The notes under the pieces: model-generated
What the model was told of the DNA's origin: nothing
The model's input: the letters and a program-made list of their open reading frames with translations, nothing else
Databases searched by the model: none
Position numbers and translations under genes: made by a program
Assembly (NCBI GenBank): GCA_964483625.1
Contig: CAZABB010000001.1
Span: forward strand, 3,222-67,221
Direction: 5' to 3'
DNA: 64,000 bases
Origin: an uncultured Planctomycetia bacterium
Lineage (GTDB): Bacteria > Omnitrophota > Gorgyraeia > Duberdicusellales > 4484-171
In this document: one piece after another, positions 1 through 10,226 of the stretch
Layout of the letters: every line of letters starts with the position of its first letter
How positions within the stretch are numbered: the stretch's first letter is position 1

Positions 1-615
1 GTAAGAAACATCGAAAAAGCGACGTCGCTGGGACTGCCGGTTCAGATAAATTTTACCGTAACCCGCGTTAATTTCCGTGAACTTCCTTCCGTATACAGAC
101 TCGCCCGGCGTCTGGGCGTCGGGACGTTTTCAGTCGGTTCCCTGAACAGAATAGGATGCGGCATGCAGAATAAGGATATTTTCTCCCTTCCTTACTTCTT
201 TTATATCTGCTGGGTAAAATTCTGGCAGCGCACACTCGCCCCCGGGGGAAAAACGTTATTTTACATAAAAGAACGGTGCGATGCGAATATCTACACGTAC
301 ATAGACCATAAGGGATATCTTCACTTTTGCACGTTAATACCCCGCACAATGCCTCTGGGCAATCTTCTTAAGGAAGATTTACTTACTATCTGGCATTCGG
401 ATACGTACACACGCCTGTTTGATCTTGACTCTGTCAAGGAGCCCTGCCGGTCCTGTTTTTTTGAAAGGGAATGTCCCAAAGGATGCCGGGCGGAGATTTA
501 CGCCAGAGAAAGCGATTTTTTTGCCGGTAACACTGATTGCCTGCGAGGTAAAGTATCCCAGAAAGTGAAAGGTCTGGCTTCCTTTTTGAAAAAATCCCCC
601 TCAGATCTTTCTTAA
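1..615 (+). CDS. Radical SAM/SPASM protein, C-terminal part (5' truncated by window edge)
   Basis: Frame is open from position 1 (VRNIEKATSLGLPVQINFTVTRVNFRELP...) to TAA at 613-615; SPASM cysteines C-x14-C...GNL...CRSCFFERECPKGCRA...C. Confidence 0.85.
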   Translation, partial: VRNIEKATSLGLPVQINFTVTRVNFRELPSVYRLARRLGVGTFSVGSLNRIGCGMQNKDIFSLPYFFYICWVKFWQRTLAPGGKTLFYIKERCDANIYTYIDHKGYLHFCTLIPRTMPLGNLLKEDLLTIWHSDTYTRLFDLDSVKEPCRSCFFERECPKGCRAEIYARESDFFAGNTDCLRGKVSQKVKGLASFLKKSPSDLS

Positions 616-1794
616 AAATTTCTTTCTCTCTCCGGCTTTGACCGATTTTAATAAATTTATCGCGCTAACCCCGCAAAGACCATAGGTAGGCGGAATATCT
701 CCGTTACAGAGAGGATCTTTTTCCCGGCAGGAGCCTTTTTTGAGAAAAGAATACAGATGGCATCCCCCGCCGCACGTACTTCTGCTTTCACACCGCGCAC
801 AGCCCGCCGGCAGCGCATTCCATATCTTCCTTTTCTTTTGAAGTTTCCGGCATATACTGAGAAGGGATTCTTCCCCGATATTACCCACACGCAACGCCGC
901 GGGGGCTTCGGCACAGGGCAGCACGGACCCATCCTGCATGATCGCGGCGCTGTTATTACCAAAACACGTGCACAGATTGGAACGCAAAAGAGCTTTCGCT
1001 TCAATAACATCGTTCAAGCGGGAATACACCGCCTTTACCGATTTCGACAATTCGGACAGTTCTTCTCTCGACAATTCCAGTTCTTCATTTGTCTTCTCAT
1101 CTTTTACAGGGATATACCGTTCACAGACCGGCAAAGCCCCCATTTCAACGACATCATTGATTATCTCTCTGATATGGCCGATATTGAGTTTTGTCACGAC
1201 AACAAACGCAATCACCATAATGCCGTTTTGAACGCAGGCAGTGATATTTCTTTTTATTCTCTCGAATTGATCGCTACCGGTATGCTTTTCATATATCTTT
1301 CGGTTATAATCGTATTTGACACACAGAATAAGATTGCTATTCATTTTCTTCAATCGTTCCAGCCATTCGTCGTTTATATGCGTTCCATTCGTCACTATCG
1401 TCACCCCCATGCCTCTTCGCTGCGCCGCCGTTAAAAGCCGGTACAAATCCTTATACAAAAACGGCTCTCCTCCCATAAGATCGATATGGGAAACGCCTAT
1501 GGCTCCGGCTTCCTGAATAATACGGATCCATCGCTCGGAAGGGAATACTTCGGGCGCATTTTTGGCCGCGTAGCAGTAGATACAGTTGTAATTGCAGGCT
1601 GACGTAATATGCAGCTGAAGGGTCCGGACAAACGGGAATATTCTCCGGTATATCCTTTGCAGGATAAACCTGAGCCAAGAAATCCGGCAGAAACGATTCA
1701 ACAGCCTCCAGAACATCATCCGATGAAATAAACCGTATCTTTCTGAAAACCGTTCCATTATTCCGCCGTTTCCCGTTTTACCGGCATGATTCAT
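601..1794 (-). CDS. Radical SAM/SPASM domain protein
   Basis: CNYNCIYC, GGEP, TNG motifs; full SPASM CARCESRSTCGGGC...DPLC; start placed at ATGA overlap with upstream stop (track start 1833; 1758 also possible). Confidence 0.9.
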   Translation of the reverse strand: MNHAGKTGNGGIMERFSERYGLFHRMMFWRLLNRFCRISWLRFILQRIYRRIFPFVRTLQLHITSACNYNCIYCYAAKNAPEVFPSERWIRIIQEAGAIGVSHIDLMGGEPFLYKDLYRLLTAAQRRGMGVTIVTNGTHINDEWLERLKKMNSNLILCVKYDYNRKIYEKHTGSDQFERIKRNITACVQNGIMVIAFVVVTKLNIGHIREIINDVVEMGALPVCERYIPVKDEKTNEELELSREELSELSKSVKAVYSRLNDVIEAKALLRSNLCTCFGNNSAAIMQDGSVLPCAEAPAALRVGNIGEESLLSICRKLQKKRKIWNALPAGCARCESRSTCGGGCHLYSFLKKGSCREKDPLCNGDIPPTYGLCGVSAINLLKSVKAGERKKFLRKI

Positions 1795-2855
1795 CTTTGC
1801 GGCGGGTTTAGATATAACCTGAAAGGCCGGCACATTATATTCGTATAAAAGACATTGACCAGAAGATTCCGGTACTCAGGAGCCCGTAGCATCTCTCTTA
1901 TCTCTTTCGAATTTTCCCCGAACCATATTTTTCTGAAATTATAATCGCAGTCCCGGAAATTCCCCAGCACGTAATCCCGTGAGTAACTCGCGCATAACTC
2001 CCCGGAAGACATTACGTAACCGGACGCGATCCCTTCGAAGTTGGCAAGAGAATCGTCATTAAGCAGGTGCGCATAAAACGCTTTCCGCAATTTTCCGATC
2101 AAAGCCGGCGTACCGCCGTTCTTGGTAAAATCGCTTTCTTTTAATAGAAATCTGAGGATATCGCGATATTCTTCTTTATCCGGGGTGATATCGAGATCAA
2201 AGTTGTATAAACGCGCTCTGTTTTCGGCCAATTCGGCGATATAAGAGTCCGGCTTTATTTTCCGGACGAATTCATAGATATCCCGGAAAAAAGCGGCATT
2301 GAACTTCGATATAACCGTGTTGACTCCGACCGTTAATTGAGAACTGGGTATCTTTCTGAGCCCATAAAACGTACGCAGAAACCTTTCGAAATTGCCGCTC
2401 AGGCCGCGTATTTCGTCATGCTTCCTGCCGACTCCGTCCAGGGAAAGATTGATGATCACATTCAAACCCGGGCACGTCTTCAGGATCGTCTCCGCGACCG
2501 AATGAATCCGCTCGGTAAGCGTTCCGTTGGTCGCGATGGTTAAAAACTCCGGTTTGGTCTTTTCATACACAACCTGTATAATACACGCCAGGTCGTCACG
2601 AAGAAAAGGCTCCCCGCCCATAATCGTGACGGAAAAAAGACGGCCATACCCGGTGAAAATCTTCTCGTATTCGGCCGGGGTCAGTTCCCGGGCCGGATCA
2701 CCCCGCGCTTTCCAGATATTGCAGGTCCGGCACCTTGAATTACATCGATCGGTAACACAAAGCGTGAGAACGCGCGGAAGCATTTTGGGATGTCCCGTCC
2801 ACCGGAAAAAATTATACCCTATTATGCTCGGTATGTGTTGAAACATAATCGTCAT
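1791..2855 (-). CDS. Radical SAM protein with degenerate (Cys-poor) twitch domain
   Basis: CNSRCRTC, GGEPFLR, TNG, SLDG..HDEIRG; C-terminal GNFR...IW remnant lacks the usual auxiliary-cluster Cys pattern. Confidence 0.9.
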   Translation of the reverse strand: MTIMFQHIPSIIGYNFFRWTGHPKMLPRVLTLCVTDRCNSRCRTCNIWKARGDPARELTPAEYEKIFTGYGRLFSVTIMGGEPFLRDDLACIIQVVYEKTKPEFLTIATNGTLTERIHSVAETILKTCPGLNVIINLSLDGVGRKHDEIRGLSGNFERFLRTFYGLRKIPSSQLTVGVNTVISKFNAAFFRDIYEFVRKIKPDSYIAELAENRARLYNFDLDITPDKEEYRDILRFLLKESDFTKNGGTPALIGKLRKAFYAHLLNDDSLANFEGIASGYVMSSGELCASYSRDYVLGNFRDCDYNFRKIWFGENSKEIREMLRAPEYRNLLVNVFYTNIMCRPFRLYLNPPQR

Positions 2856-4308
2856 CTGCCGTCCGTTTTCCCATTGTTCCCGAGAAAACTTTCCGCAAAA
2901 AATTATGAAAAAACCGGGAAAAAGGTCTTATTTTATAATACATCTTTCTATAGTAAGGGTACAGGAGAAGATAGAGAGTCGTATCTTTGATATGAATACC
3001 CGCCAGAATTCTGACAACCGGCAGCAGAAAATTTCTTTTGACTTCCGAATAAAACACATTGTGGTAGTAACAAATCTTCTTTCCCGAGATCGTCGGGAGA
3101 TCCAATATCGTTTTTCCCTCATTGTATGCCTTTACTTTTCTTTCACTTATGAGACCCTGCCGGACACACGTATCGTACAGTTCGGTCCCGGGATAAGGAC
3201 GGAAAACAAACTGAACCGGAAACGTGGGACGAACCTGCCGATTGAGTGCGATCGTCTGGCGCACGGTATGTTCATCTTCCCCGGGAAGCCCGATGAGATT
3301 CAGCCCAAACGTACGTATGCGGTATGTATCGCATAATTGAAACGCTCTCTTTATCTGTCCATCGGTAAGGTTTCTCCTAAGAAGCCGGTTGCGGAGATAG
3401 ACGTTACCGGATTCGATACCTATACATACCGTGTCGCATCCGGCGCGTTTCAGAAGACGCATCACATTCTCGTTCAGAACCTCCGGTCGGGCGTTTATTC
3501 CAAAAGGCATGTTAATTCTGGATTTATATTCTTTACAAAAACGACTCAAATATTCTTCTTCGAGAGTAAAGATGTCGTCATGAAACGTGATACGGTTGAA
3601 TGTATATCGCGCCGCCAGCTGTTCCAGCTCGCCTATTACATGCTCCACACTTCTTCGCCGTAAAAGCCGGCCTTTTCCCCTGTAAAGTTTGTGAAGGAAA
3701 TTATTTACGCAATAAGGACAATTATACAGGCATCCCCGGCTGGACATGACCTCGGCATCCTTAAATTTCCGGTCATTTATTATTTTCTGATAATCGAACA
3801 TTTCTCGATCCGCATACGGCAGTGAATCCAAATCTTCTATAAGCGGCCCGACCTCATTTTTTATCACGTGCCCGTTTTTATTGAACCAGAAGTTTTTGAT
3901 CCGGCTGATATCTTTTTGTCTTTCCAACGCCGTCACTAAATCCCGAACGGCGTATTCTCCTTCGCCCCGGCATATTCCCGTCACTCCTTTAAGCCCGATA
4001 CTTTCATCCGGGGCCGCGGTAGGATGCGGTCCGCCCAGGATCACCGGGAGACCATACCGGTCGTATATGTATCCCGCGTACCGGGCAACGAGCGTCATCT
4101 GATCCGAAGCGGCATATATGCCGATAAGACGAGGGTTCACCCTGTCGATACACGTATCGATGCCGGTAGGATGAAATGCGCGGGCGACGAAAAGCTCGAC
4201 AGCGTGTCCGGCATCCTTCAGGACGGCCGCAATACTCCCCAAGCCGTGATGATACCCTACATCATTGAAACCCGGACATTCAATGGGATATACGAACAGA
4301 ATGTTCAC
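2812..4308 (-). CDS. Cobalamin-dependent radical SAM enzyme (class B methyltransferase-like)
   Basis: N-terminal B12-binding domain (GGPHPT..P, GEGE), SRGCLYNCPYC, GIESG, GLPGE, PYPGT. Confidence 0.92.
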   Translation of the reverse strand: MNILFVYPIECPGFNDVGYHHGLGSIAAVLKDAGHAVELFVARAFHPTGIDTCIDRVNPRLIGIYAASDQMTLVARYAGYIYDRYGLPVILGGPHPTAAPDESIGLKGVTGICRGEGEYAVRDLVTALERQKDISRIKNFWFNKNGHVIKNEVGPLIEDLDSLPYADREMFDYQKIINDRKFKDAEVMSSRGCLYNCPYCVNNFLHKLYRGKGRLLRRRSVEHVIGELEQLAARYTFNRITFHDDIFTLEEEYLSRFCKEYKSRINMPFGINARPEVLNENVMRLLKRAGCDTVCIGIESGNVYLRNRLLRRNLTDGQIKRAFQLCDTYRIRTFGLNLIGLPGEDEHTVRQTIALNRQVRPTFPVQFVFRPYPGTELYDTCVRQGLISERKVKAYNEGKTILDLPTISGKKICYYHNVFYSEVKRNFLLPVVRILAGIHIKDTTLYLLLYPYYRKMYYKIRPFSRFFHNFLRKVFSGTMGKRTADDDYVSTHTEHNRV

Positions 4309-4312
4309 CGTA

Positions 4313-5359
4313 CTAAAACCAATTGCAGTGCAGGCACGGCTGAGGAGGACGACCGCTCCTCATCCGAATCCTCCAATCGATAAATCGCTCATTATTCCAT
4401 ATGCGCAAAGGATGCTCCGCGAAGATGTTCCCGAAAAACATATTATGCAATACGCAGCAGGGAAGGACAAATCCTTTCGATGTGATCGACATTTCATGCC
4501 AGGGCTGATAACAGCCCGTCCACCGCTGCGGCTGATTGAGTTTCGGCAGGGTGAGTTTTATGCCGTATTTTTCCGCGGCCTGCTCTGTCTCTCGAAAACG
4601 GGAACGGATCTCTGTTTTCTCTCCCGCCGGCAGGGTGCGTAGCGCATGTTCCGCCGTGGAAATGCCCGTTTCATACACATACTGTATATCCTGAACCCCG
4701 ACTTCGGATATCCCCAACCTGCGGGCAAGCTCTACCAACGCCGGTAATTCATGTATATTATTCCTCATCACAATTGAACGCAGACTCAGCCGAATGGAAC
4801 TTTGGCGTTCTTTCTTCAGTCGGATCATACATTCGATATTCCCCAGCAGCACACCAAATTTCACTCCCGCACGGATACTCTCCACGGTCGCGGCGGTTGC
4901 TCCGTCAATGGAGAAGAAAATCCGGTCAACTCCCGATGAAATCAGCCTCGACGATACGTCATTGGTCAACAGCATCCCGTTGGTGAAAAGAGCGACATGC
5001 AGTTTTCTCTTTTTTGCGTAATGGATCATTTTAAAAATATCCTTATGCAGTAAAGGTTCTCCCATGCCCAGCAGGGTAACGGCGTAAAGAAAAGGCATGG
5101 TATCGACTATTTTCTGAAAATGCCCGAAATCCATTTCGCTCAACCCGTCTTTCTTTATCTCCGGAGCAAACCGGGGACACATCCTACAGTTCAGATTGCA
5201 TTGATCGGTCACCCCGATGACGGCAGAGAAAGGGAAACGGGGAGACCGGGGAATTACGACCATCTGCACGGCATATAAAAACAAATGCGCGGCGCGGCGC
5301 AACGTAAGGTTTTGTAACATATATTTTATGGCAAAAATGATCCGGTTTTTTATCTTCAT
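4313..5359 (-). CDS. Radical SAM/twitch domain protein
   Basis: CNLNCRMC, GMGEP, TNG, SIDGAT; twitch CYQPW...PCC...GNI...CLHC. Confidence 0.92.
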   Translation of the reverse strand: MKIKNRIIFAIKYMLQNLTLRRAAHLFLYAVQMVVIPRSPRFPFSAVIGVTDQCNLNCRMCPRFAPEIKKDGLSEMDFGHFQKIVDTMPFLYAVTLLGMGEPLLHKDIFKMIHYAKKRKLHVALFTNGMLLTNDVSSRLISSGVDRIFFSIDGATAATVESIRAGVKFGVLLGNIECMIRLKKERQSSIRLSLRSIVMRNNIHELPALVELARRLGISEVGVQDIQYVYETGISTAEHALRTLPAGEKTEIRSRFRETEQAAEKYGIKLTLPKLNQPQRWTGCYQPWHEMSITSKGFVLPCCVLHNMFFGNIFAEHPLRIWNNERFIDWRIRMRSGRPPQPCLHCNWF

Positions 5360-5456
5360 TACGGGAGACTATTCATCGCCAAAATCGCAATTCACCAATA
5401 CACACAAGGGAAAAGATTAACGTGCCGTATACGTTTCTTCCGACATAACGGAAAAT

Positions 5457-6425
5457 TCACGTCGTCGAAGCCGCCGTCTTCATCCGTTCCATCCTTTTCA
5501 GGGTCAGAGGGGGAACAAATCCGAATACCTTTGCCAACCGTTCTATTATCCTCACGGGTATCCTTACCAGTGCCGGGGGGATATGTACGATAAACGGCTT
5601 TTTGCGTAACGATTCCGCTAACAACGAAATCATTTCATTCAACGAATATGACTTTTTATCGCGTATTGCATACGTTTCGTTCCGATACCCCAAGGGCGCC
5701 GCCGAATGAATCGGGAACGGCGGGGAACTTCTATTCTCCCCAGGAGAAAAAACAGAATCGCGCGACGGGCATACGTCCCACTCCCAGGTCCGGGAAGCAT
5801 CGTTTTCAGTCTCTCTGTGGATAAGCGCGAGGGTCGCATCCACCAGATTATGCACGTCCAGAGCGGTAATCTTTCTGGTGCCGTCCCCGATGACAGGAAC
5901 GATACCGAGACGAATAAAGGAAGCCAGCTTCTTCAGTTCTTTATCCGGATTCTGCCAGTCATACACTAACGGAGGACGCACAATGACGTAAGGAACGCCG
6001 GATTTTTTGACGATCAGCTCAGATTCATATTTACTTCTTCCGTACGCCGATTCTCTATATTCGACGGCGGCAAGAGAAGAAAAATGGATAAAAGTTCCGA
6101 TCCGGCCGGCGTATTCTTTACACGCTTCAATAAGGTTCTTCGTTCCTTCTACGTTTACCTTTCTGTATTGTGCGTCGTATGACGACGAGACGGCGTTTAT
6201 CGTACCTATCGCCGCCAGGTGAACCACAATATCGATACCGGCCGCGATATGCCGCAACGTTTCCGGTTCACGTATGTCACCATACCACCGCCCGGCCTGA
6301 TCCGGCAGACCGGCGGTATCACTCGTTCTTCTTATCAGACACCGCACACGATGACCTTTTGCGGCCAACTCTCTCGTCACGTATCTGCCAATAAAACCCG
6401 TAGCGCCCGTTATGAGTATATGCAT
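5457..6425 (-). CDS. NAD-dependent epimerase/dehydratase (extended SDR) with ~40-aa insertion
   Basis: ILITGATGFIG Rossmann motif, HLAA, NVEGT, SS, YGRSK catalytic motif. Confidence 0.9.
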   Translation of the reverse strand: MHILITGATGFIGRYVTRELAAKGHRVRCLIRRTSDTAGLPDQAGRWYGDIREPETLRHIAAGIDIVVHLAAIGTINAVSSSYDAQYRKVNVEGTKNLIEACKEYAGRIGTFIHFSSLAAVEYRESAYGRSKYESELIVKKSGVPYVIVRPPLVYDWQNPDKELKKLASFIRLGIVPVIGDGTRKITALDVHNLVDATLALIHRETENDASRTWEWDVCPSRDSVFSPGENRSSPPFPIHSAAPLGYRNETYAIRDKKSYSLNEMISLLAESLRKKPFIVHIPPALVRIPVRIIERLAKVFGFVPPLTLKRMERMKTAASTT

Positions 6426-6468
6426 TTCACATTATCTTTGGGAAAACGGAATATCCAAAATATTAGCT

Positions 6469-7515
6469 CTATTTACCGGCTCCGTCAAGATTCACCAAAA
6501 AATCTTTAATCACCCGGGCGATAACCCGATGCGCCTGCGGTCCAAAATGCCCGGTTTCTCTAAATGTCAGCCCTTCTTTTCGGGCCGCCTGAATGTGCGG
6601 CCGTACGAACACGCACGGCACATTCCTGCGTTGCCAGTAGACAGAGAATGCTTTTTCATATTTCAGCGTTTCCTCCGGGACATCTTCGAGAAATATATCG
6701 CTCAAGTATACAAAAACCGGAACCGCGTTCATGTCTCTTACCGTCCTGACGATTTCCTCGAGAATCGCATTGGTCGCTTTTTCTTCTTCCGAAATATCAT
6801 TCATTCGATGCGACAGCTTACAGACACACAGAGTTATCACATCGATAATCTTTGGTTTCCACCATTCGTTCTTCAGCATCGCTTCCGGCGGGAGAACCGG
6901 TGAATGTTCCTTCCTGAGCCGACCGTTCATCAATCTGAATCTTGGTTTCGCGTAATCCCGGAAGTACAGCATATTACGCACCATATCGACTTTCATAAAT
7001 CCCAGGATGACAATATCCGGTTTATATTTCACTCCTTCTTCCTGAAGATAGACCAGCATCTGGTCATGCCCGTATCCGTGTACGCCGAAATTCAGAACTT
7101 CGCTGGAGGGAATCATGCGCTGCAGATAGAAAGAAAACGTCTCCTCATCACTCACCTCTTCGCCGAACGTATACGAATCCCCGAGGATTAGAATCCTCAG
7201 CGTGCCCCGCGGTTTATCGTAGGCATACTCGCGGTTTCCTCTCAGCCCGCGCGAGTTTGAATTAAGAACCTCGCGGTTAAAATAAAGCATATCGTCCAAA
7301 CCGGCCTTCAAAGCCCATCCCCGTGTGGGGTGATATACGTCGAAGACATAGAAAATTTCAATTCCGTCTTCTTGATGGCGCCGTACCCACTTTATTCTCC
7401 AGGAAGCGCTACATTCATCCTGCAAAAATGATTCGTTCCTCAATATCAGACGGGATGAAATTTCAAAAAACAGGAAAAGCCCGATCACATAATACACATA
7501 CCGGTATTTTTTCAT
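6469..7515 (-). CDS. Membrane-anchored SGNH/GDSL hydrolase or acyltransferase
   Basis: N-terminal TM helix, NSRGLRG, LGDSYTFG (block I), NFGVHGYG (block II), C-terminal GHF. Confidence 0.85.
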   Translation of the reverse strand: MKKYRYVYYVIGLFLFFEISSRLILRNESFLQDECSASWRIKWVRRHQEDGIEIFYVFDVYHPTRGWALKAGLDDMLYFNREVLNSNSRGLRGNREYAYDKPRGTLRILILGDSYTFGEEVSDEETFSFYLQRMIPSSEVLNFGVHGYGHDQMLVYLQEEGVKYKPDIVILGFMKVDMVRNMLYFRDYAKPRFRLMNGRLRKEHSPVLPPEAMLKNEWWKPKIIDVITLCVCKLSHRMNDISEEEKATNAILEEIVRTVRDMNAVPVFVYLSDIFLEDVPEETLKYEKAFSVYWQRRNVPCVFVRPHIQAARKEGLTFRETGHFGPQAHRVIARVIKDFLVNLDGAGK

Positions 7516-7548
7516 AAGCTTTCCGTCTCTTCCGTTAAGTGAACGAAG

Positions 7549-8373
7549 CTAGGTAAACGCGGCGCGGCAAAAAGACAGGCTCGCCCTGATATTACGGGCG
7601 ATCTTTTTTTTATTCCCGACGCCTAAAGCCCGAGAACTCATCTCGAGCGTAACGATCCCCGGATAACGATCCCGCTTCAGGCGCTTTAAAAACCGCTCTA
7701 ACGGCAATCGGCCTTCGGTTATCAGGCTGTGTTCTCTTCCGTTATAATTGGAAAGATGAACATGCGCTATGCGTTTCTTCAGGCATTCGTACGCTTCCAG
7801 GAGGTCTATTCCCCATGTGCCTACGTGAGTTGTATCGAACGCCACGTGATCAAACCTTTTGAGCTGATCGAGGTTATTGAACCGATACGGGTTCAGGCGG
7901 ACATCCCCCCAACGCATATCGGGCAGGTTTTCCAGGACGATGGTAACCGGGGTATTATCCTGGAAAGATTTCAATTCGCGCGTTAACCATCGAGCATACC
8001 GCTTCTGCCCACCGAAAGGAAAATGGAGCAATATGTCGGCAAGCATCTCGGTTGTTCCCACCCGTACCAAGCGCAACGGCGGATGAATCACTGTGACGCG
8101 GGCGCCGACCGCCTCGGCAAGGGCGATCGAATGCTTTACCCTTTCAATTTCATCCACGGGACAGCCGGAGATATATCCGTTAAAAGGGCTATGGATGCTC
8201 AGGATAGGAACTCCGTACTCATCCCGAAGACGATTCAAGTAGCCCGCCGAATACGCCGACCGATACCGGTTGGCCAATATTTCCAGACCGTCAAACCCGA
8301 CATTGTGTGCGAGCTCAAACGCATATCTGAGAGGATAAGGATATACTGAACCCGCTGATAAAGCGAACATCAT
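7549..8373 (-). CDS. Sugar phosphate isomerase/epimerase (xylose isomerase-like TIM barrel, AP_endonuc_2/IolE-like)
   Basis: GFDGLE, SIHSP, LENL, FDTTH, HVHLSN, H, TLE metal-binding motifs. Confidence 0.85.
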   Translation of the reverse strand: MMFALSAGSVYPYPLRYAFELAHNVGFDGLEILANRYRSAYSAGYLNRLRDEYGVPILSIHSPFNGYISGCPVDEIERVKHSIALAEAVGARVTVIHPPLRLVRVGTTEMLADILLHFPFGGQKRYARWLTRELKSFQDNTPVTIVLENLPDMRWGDVRLNPYRFNNLDQLKRFDHVAFDTTHVGTWGIDLLEAYECLKKRIAHVHLSNYNGREHSLITEGRLPLERFLKRLKRDRYPGIVTLEMSSRALGVGNKKKIARNIRASLSFCRAAFT

Positions 8374-8385
8374 ACATCTCTTTAT

Positions 8386-9477
8386 TTATGTATCGATCCG
8401 GCCGGCGACAAAATCGTCAACCATCCGTTTCGCCTGAAAATCAGAATATTGCACCGGGGGACGCTTCATCGCGTACGCCGAAAGAGAAGTTAAAACCCCG
8501 CCTCGCCTCCTGTCCAGAGCCAATTTGCACCCCCGGATCACATCGATAACAACCCCGGCACTGTTGGGAGAATCTTCCACCGAAAGTTTCACATCGAGTT
8601 CTATCGGCAGCCCCCCGAATCCCCGTCCTTTCAGAGTGATGAAACAAACTTTGTTGTCTTTTAACCAAGATACATAGTCGGTAGGACTTATATGGACATC
8701 TTCTTCCGCGAACGGACTGTCCGATTGCGATTTTACTGATTCGGCTTTTGATATCTTCTTCAGCTTGAGCCTTTTAAAATCGAGCATATTAAGAAAATCG
8801 GTATTCCCTCCGACATTCAGCTGATATGTGCTGTCAACCTTTACGCCTCTTTCGCTGAATAACTTCACTAATGTTCTATGGAGTACCGTCGCGCCTAACT
8901 GAGATTTGATATCATCACCCACCAGAGGAAGGTTCTTATCTTTAAATTTCTCCGCCCATTGCGAATCGGAAGCTATAAAAACGGGGATATTGTTCACAAA
9001 GGCGGTATGAGAATCCAGACAGCATTGCGCATAGAATTTCGTCGCTTGCTCGGCACCAACGGGGAGATAATTCAACAGCATATCGGCTTTACTTTCCTTT
9101 AAAAGCGCAACGATATCACAGGACGGCGCGGCCGAAATCAAGAACGTTTTTTCCGAAGGGTAGTTCTTCATCTGGTCGTTCACTCCATCCCCGACGACAC
9201 CCATATTCACTTTTACGCCGCGGGCGGGTATATCGTTCTGAAAGATGGTACCGCAGTTTGGTCTTTCAAAGATGGCACGCGCGATATCTTTTCCCACTTT
9301 TCGTTCATCGACATCAATCGCGGCGACCACTTCTATATCTTCCGGGGTATATCCGCCCATACTGTAGGACGTCAGCCCCATATCGCTGTTCCTCCTGTTT
9401 CTATAGTATTCTATTCCCTGAAGCAAACTGCTGGCACAATTGCCGACACCGACAATGGCAATCTTTATCCTGCTCAT
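8386..9477 (-). CDS. ino1: myo-inositol-1-phosphate synthase
   Basis: IAIVGVGNCASSL, NYLPVG, GDDIKSQLGAT, YQLNVGGNTDFLNM, EDSPNSAGVVID, MKRPP; start at ATGA overlap with upstream gene. Confidence 0.96.
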   Translation of the reverse strand: MSRIKIAIVGVGNCASSLLQGIEYYRNRRNSDMGLTSYSMGGYTPEDIEVVAAIDVDERKVGKDIARAIFERPNCGTIFQNDIPARGVKVNMGVVGDGVNDQMKNYPSEKTFLISAAPSCDIVALLKESKADMLLNYLPVGAEQATKFYAQCCLDSHTAFVNNIPVFIASDSQWAEKFKDKNLPLVGDDIKSQLGATVLHRTLVKLFSERGVKVDSTYQLNVGGNTDFLNMLDFKRLKLKKISKAESVKSQSDSPFAEEDVHISPTDYVSWLKDNKVCFITLKGRGFGGLPIELDVKLSVEDSPNSAGVVIDVIRGCKLALDRRRGGVLTSLSAYAMKRPPVQYSDFQAKRMVDDFVAGRIDT

Positions 9478-10220
9478 CCGGCTTCCTCTTTCTTCCGGCT
9501 GTCTTTTACGCATACAAACAGAAAATTACGGGCGAACAGCGCGGGAAGAATTTTGTACAGTCCGGAATAATATATCCCTTCCCCTATTATTCTCAATTTT
9601 TTCCAGGGTTCCTCGCTTATCCGTTGCGGAAAATAATACTTCCGGGAAATACAGACCAGACCGGTTTTCTCAACCAGCTTCTCCAGGACATTCCGGGAAA
9701 AGACACGGATATGTTCCGAAAACAATGCATCCCGCTTGTGATATACGTCCGTTATATCTTTAAATGCCCCGCAGAGAAAATAAAACCTGTTCACTATATT
9801 CAGCATATTGGGAACCGAGATGACCAGAATGCCGTTGTCTTTCACAACCCGTCTACACTCGCCCAGGAGGGATTCCGGATCAAGCGCATGTTCCAATACA
9901 TCCATAATTAAAATAGCATCGAAAGACTTGTCGGTAAAGGGGATTCCCCCGTCAATATCGCCCAAAACAACTTTAACACCTTTGGCCGAAGCCTCCTTGA
10001 GCGCTTTCTCGCACATATCAAGGCCTATGACCGTATGGGCGGCGGTTAAATCTTCGCTCATACTGCCGCGGCCGCACCCCATATCCAGGATAAGAAAATT
10101 ATTCCGCTGTATTTTCTTTTTCACTAACTCTCGTCTCCATTTCTCATAAGGCCCCAGTGCCGTTTCCTGCCAAACTGCGAGACGATGCCAGTAATCTGTG
10201 GAATATTTTTTTATATCCAT
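9474..10220 (-). CDS. Class I SAM-dependent methyltransferase
   Basis: ILDMGCGRG, GLD, PFTDKSFD, DVLEH, SVPN, HIRVF. Confidence 0.9.
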   Translation of the reverse strand: MDIKKYSTDYWHRLAVWQETALGPYEKWRRELVKKKIQRNNFLILDMGCGRGSMSEDLTAAHTVIGLDMCEKALKEASAKGVKVVLGDIDGGIPFTDKSFDAILIMDVLEHALDPESLLGECRRVVKDNGILVISVPNMLNIVNRFYFLCGAFKDITDVYHKRDALFSEHIRVFSRNVLEKLVEKTGLVCISRKYYFPQRISEEPWKKLRIIGEGIYYSGLYKILPALFARNFLFVCVKDSRKKEEAG

Positions 10221-10226
10221 ACGTTT

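Noticed and set aside
1-5359. RiPP cluster suggested by multiple SPASM/twitch rSAMs
   Set aside because: No RRE/PqqD domain, peptidase or plausible precursor ORF in the short intergenic gaps; context is glycosyltransferase-dominated (a precursor outside the window cannot be excluded)
7549-9477. Complete aminoglycoside antibiotic cluster
   Set aside because: No sugar/cyclitol aminotransferase, DOI synthase or resistance gene in the window
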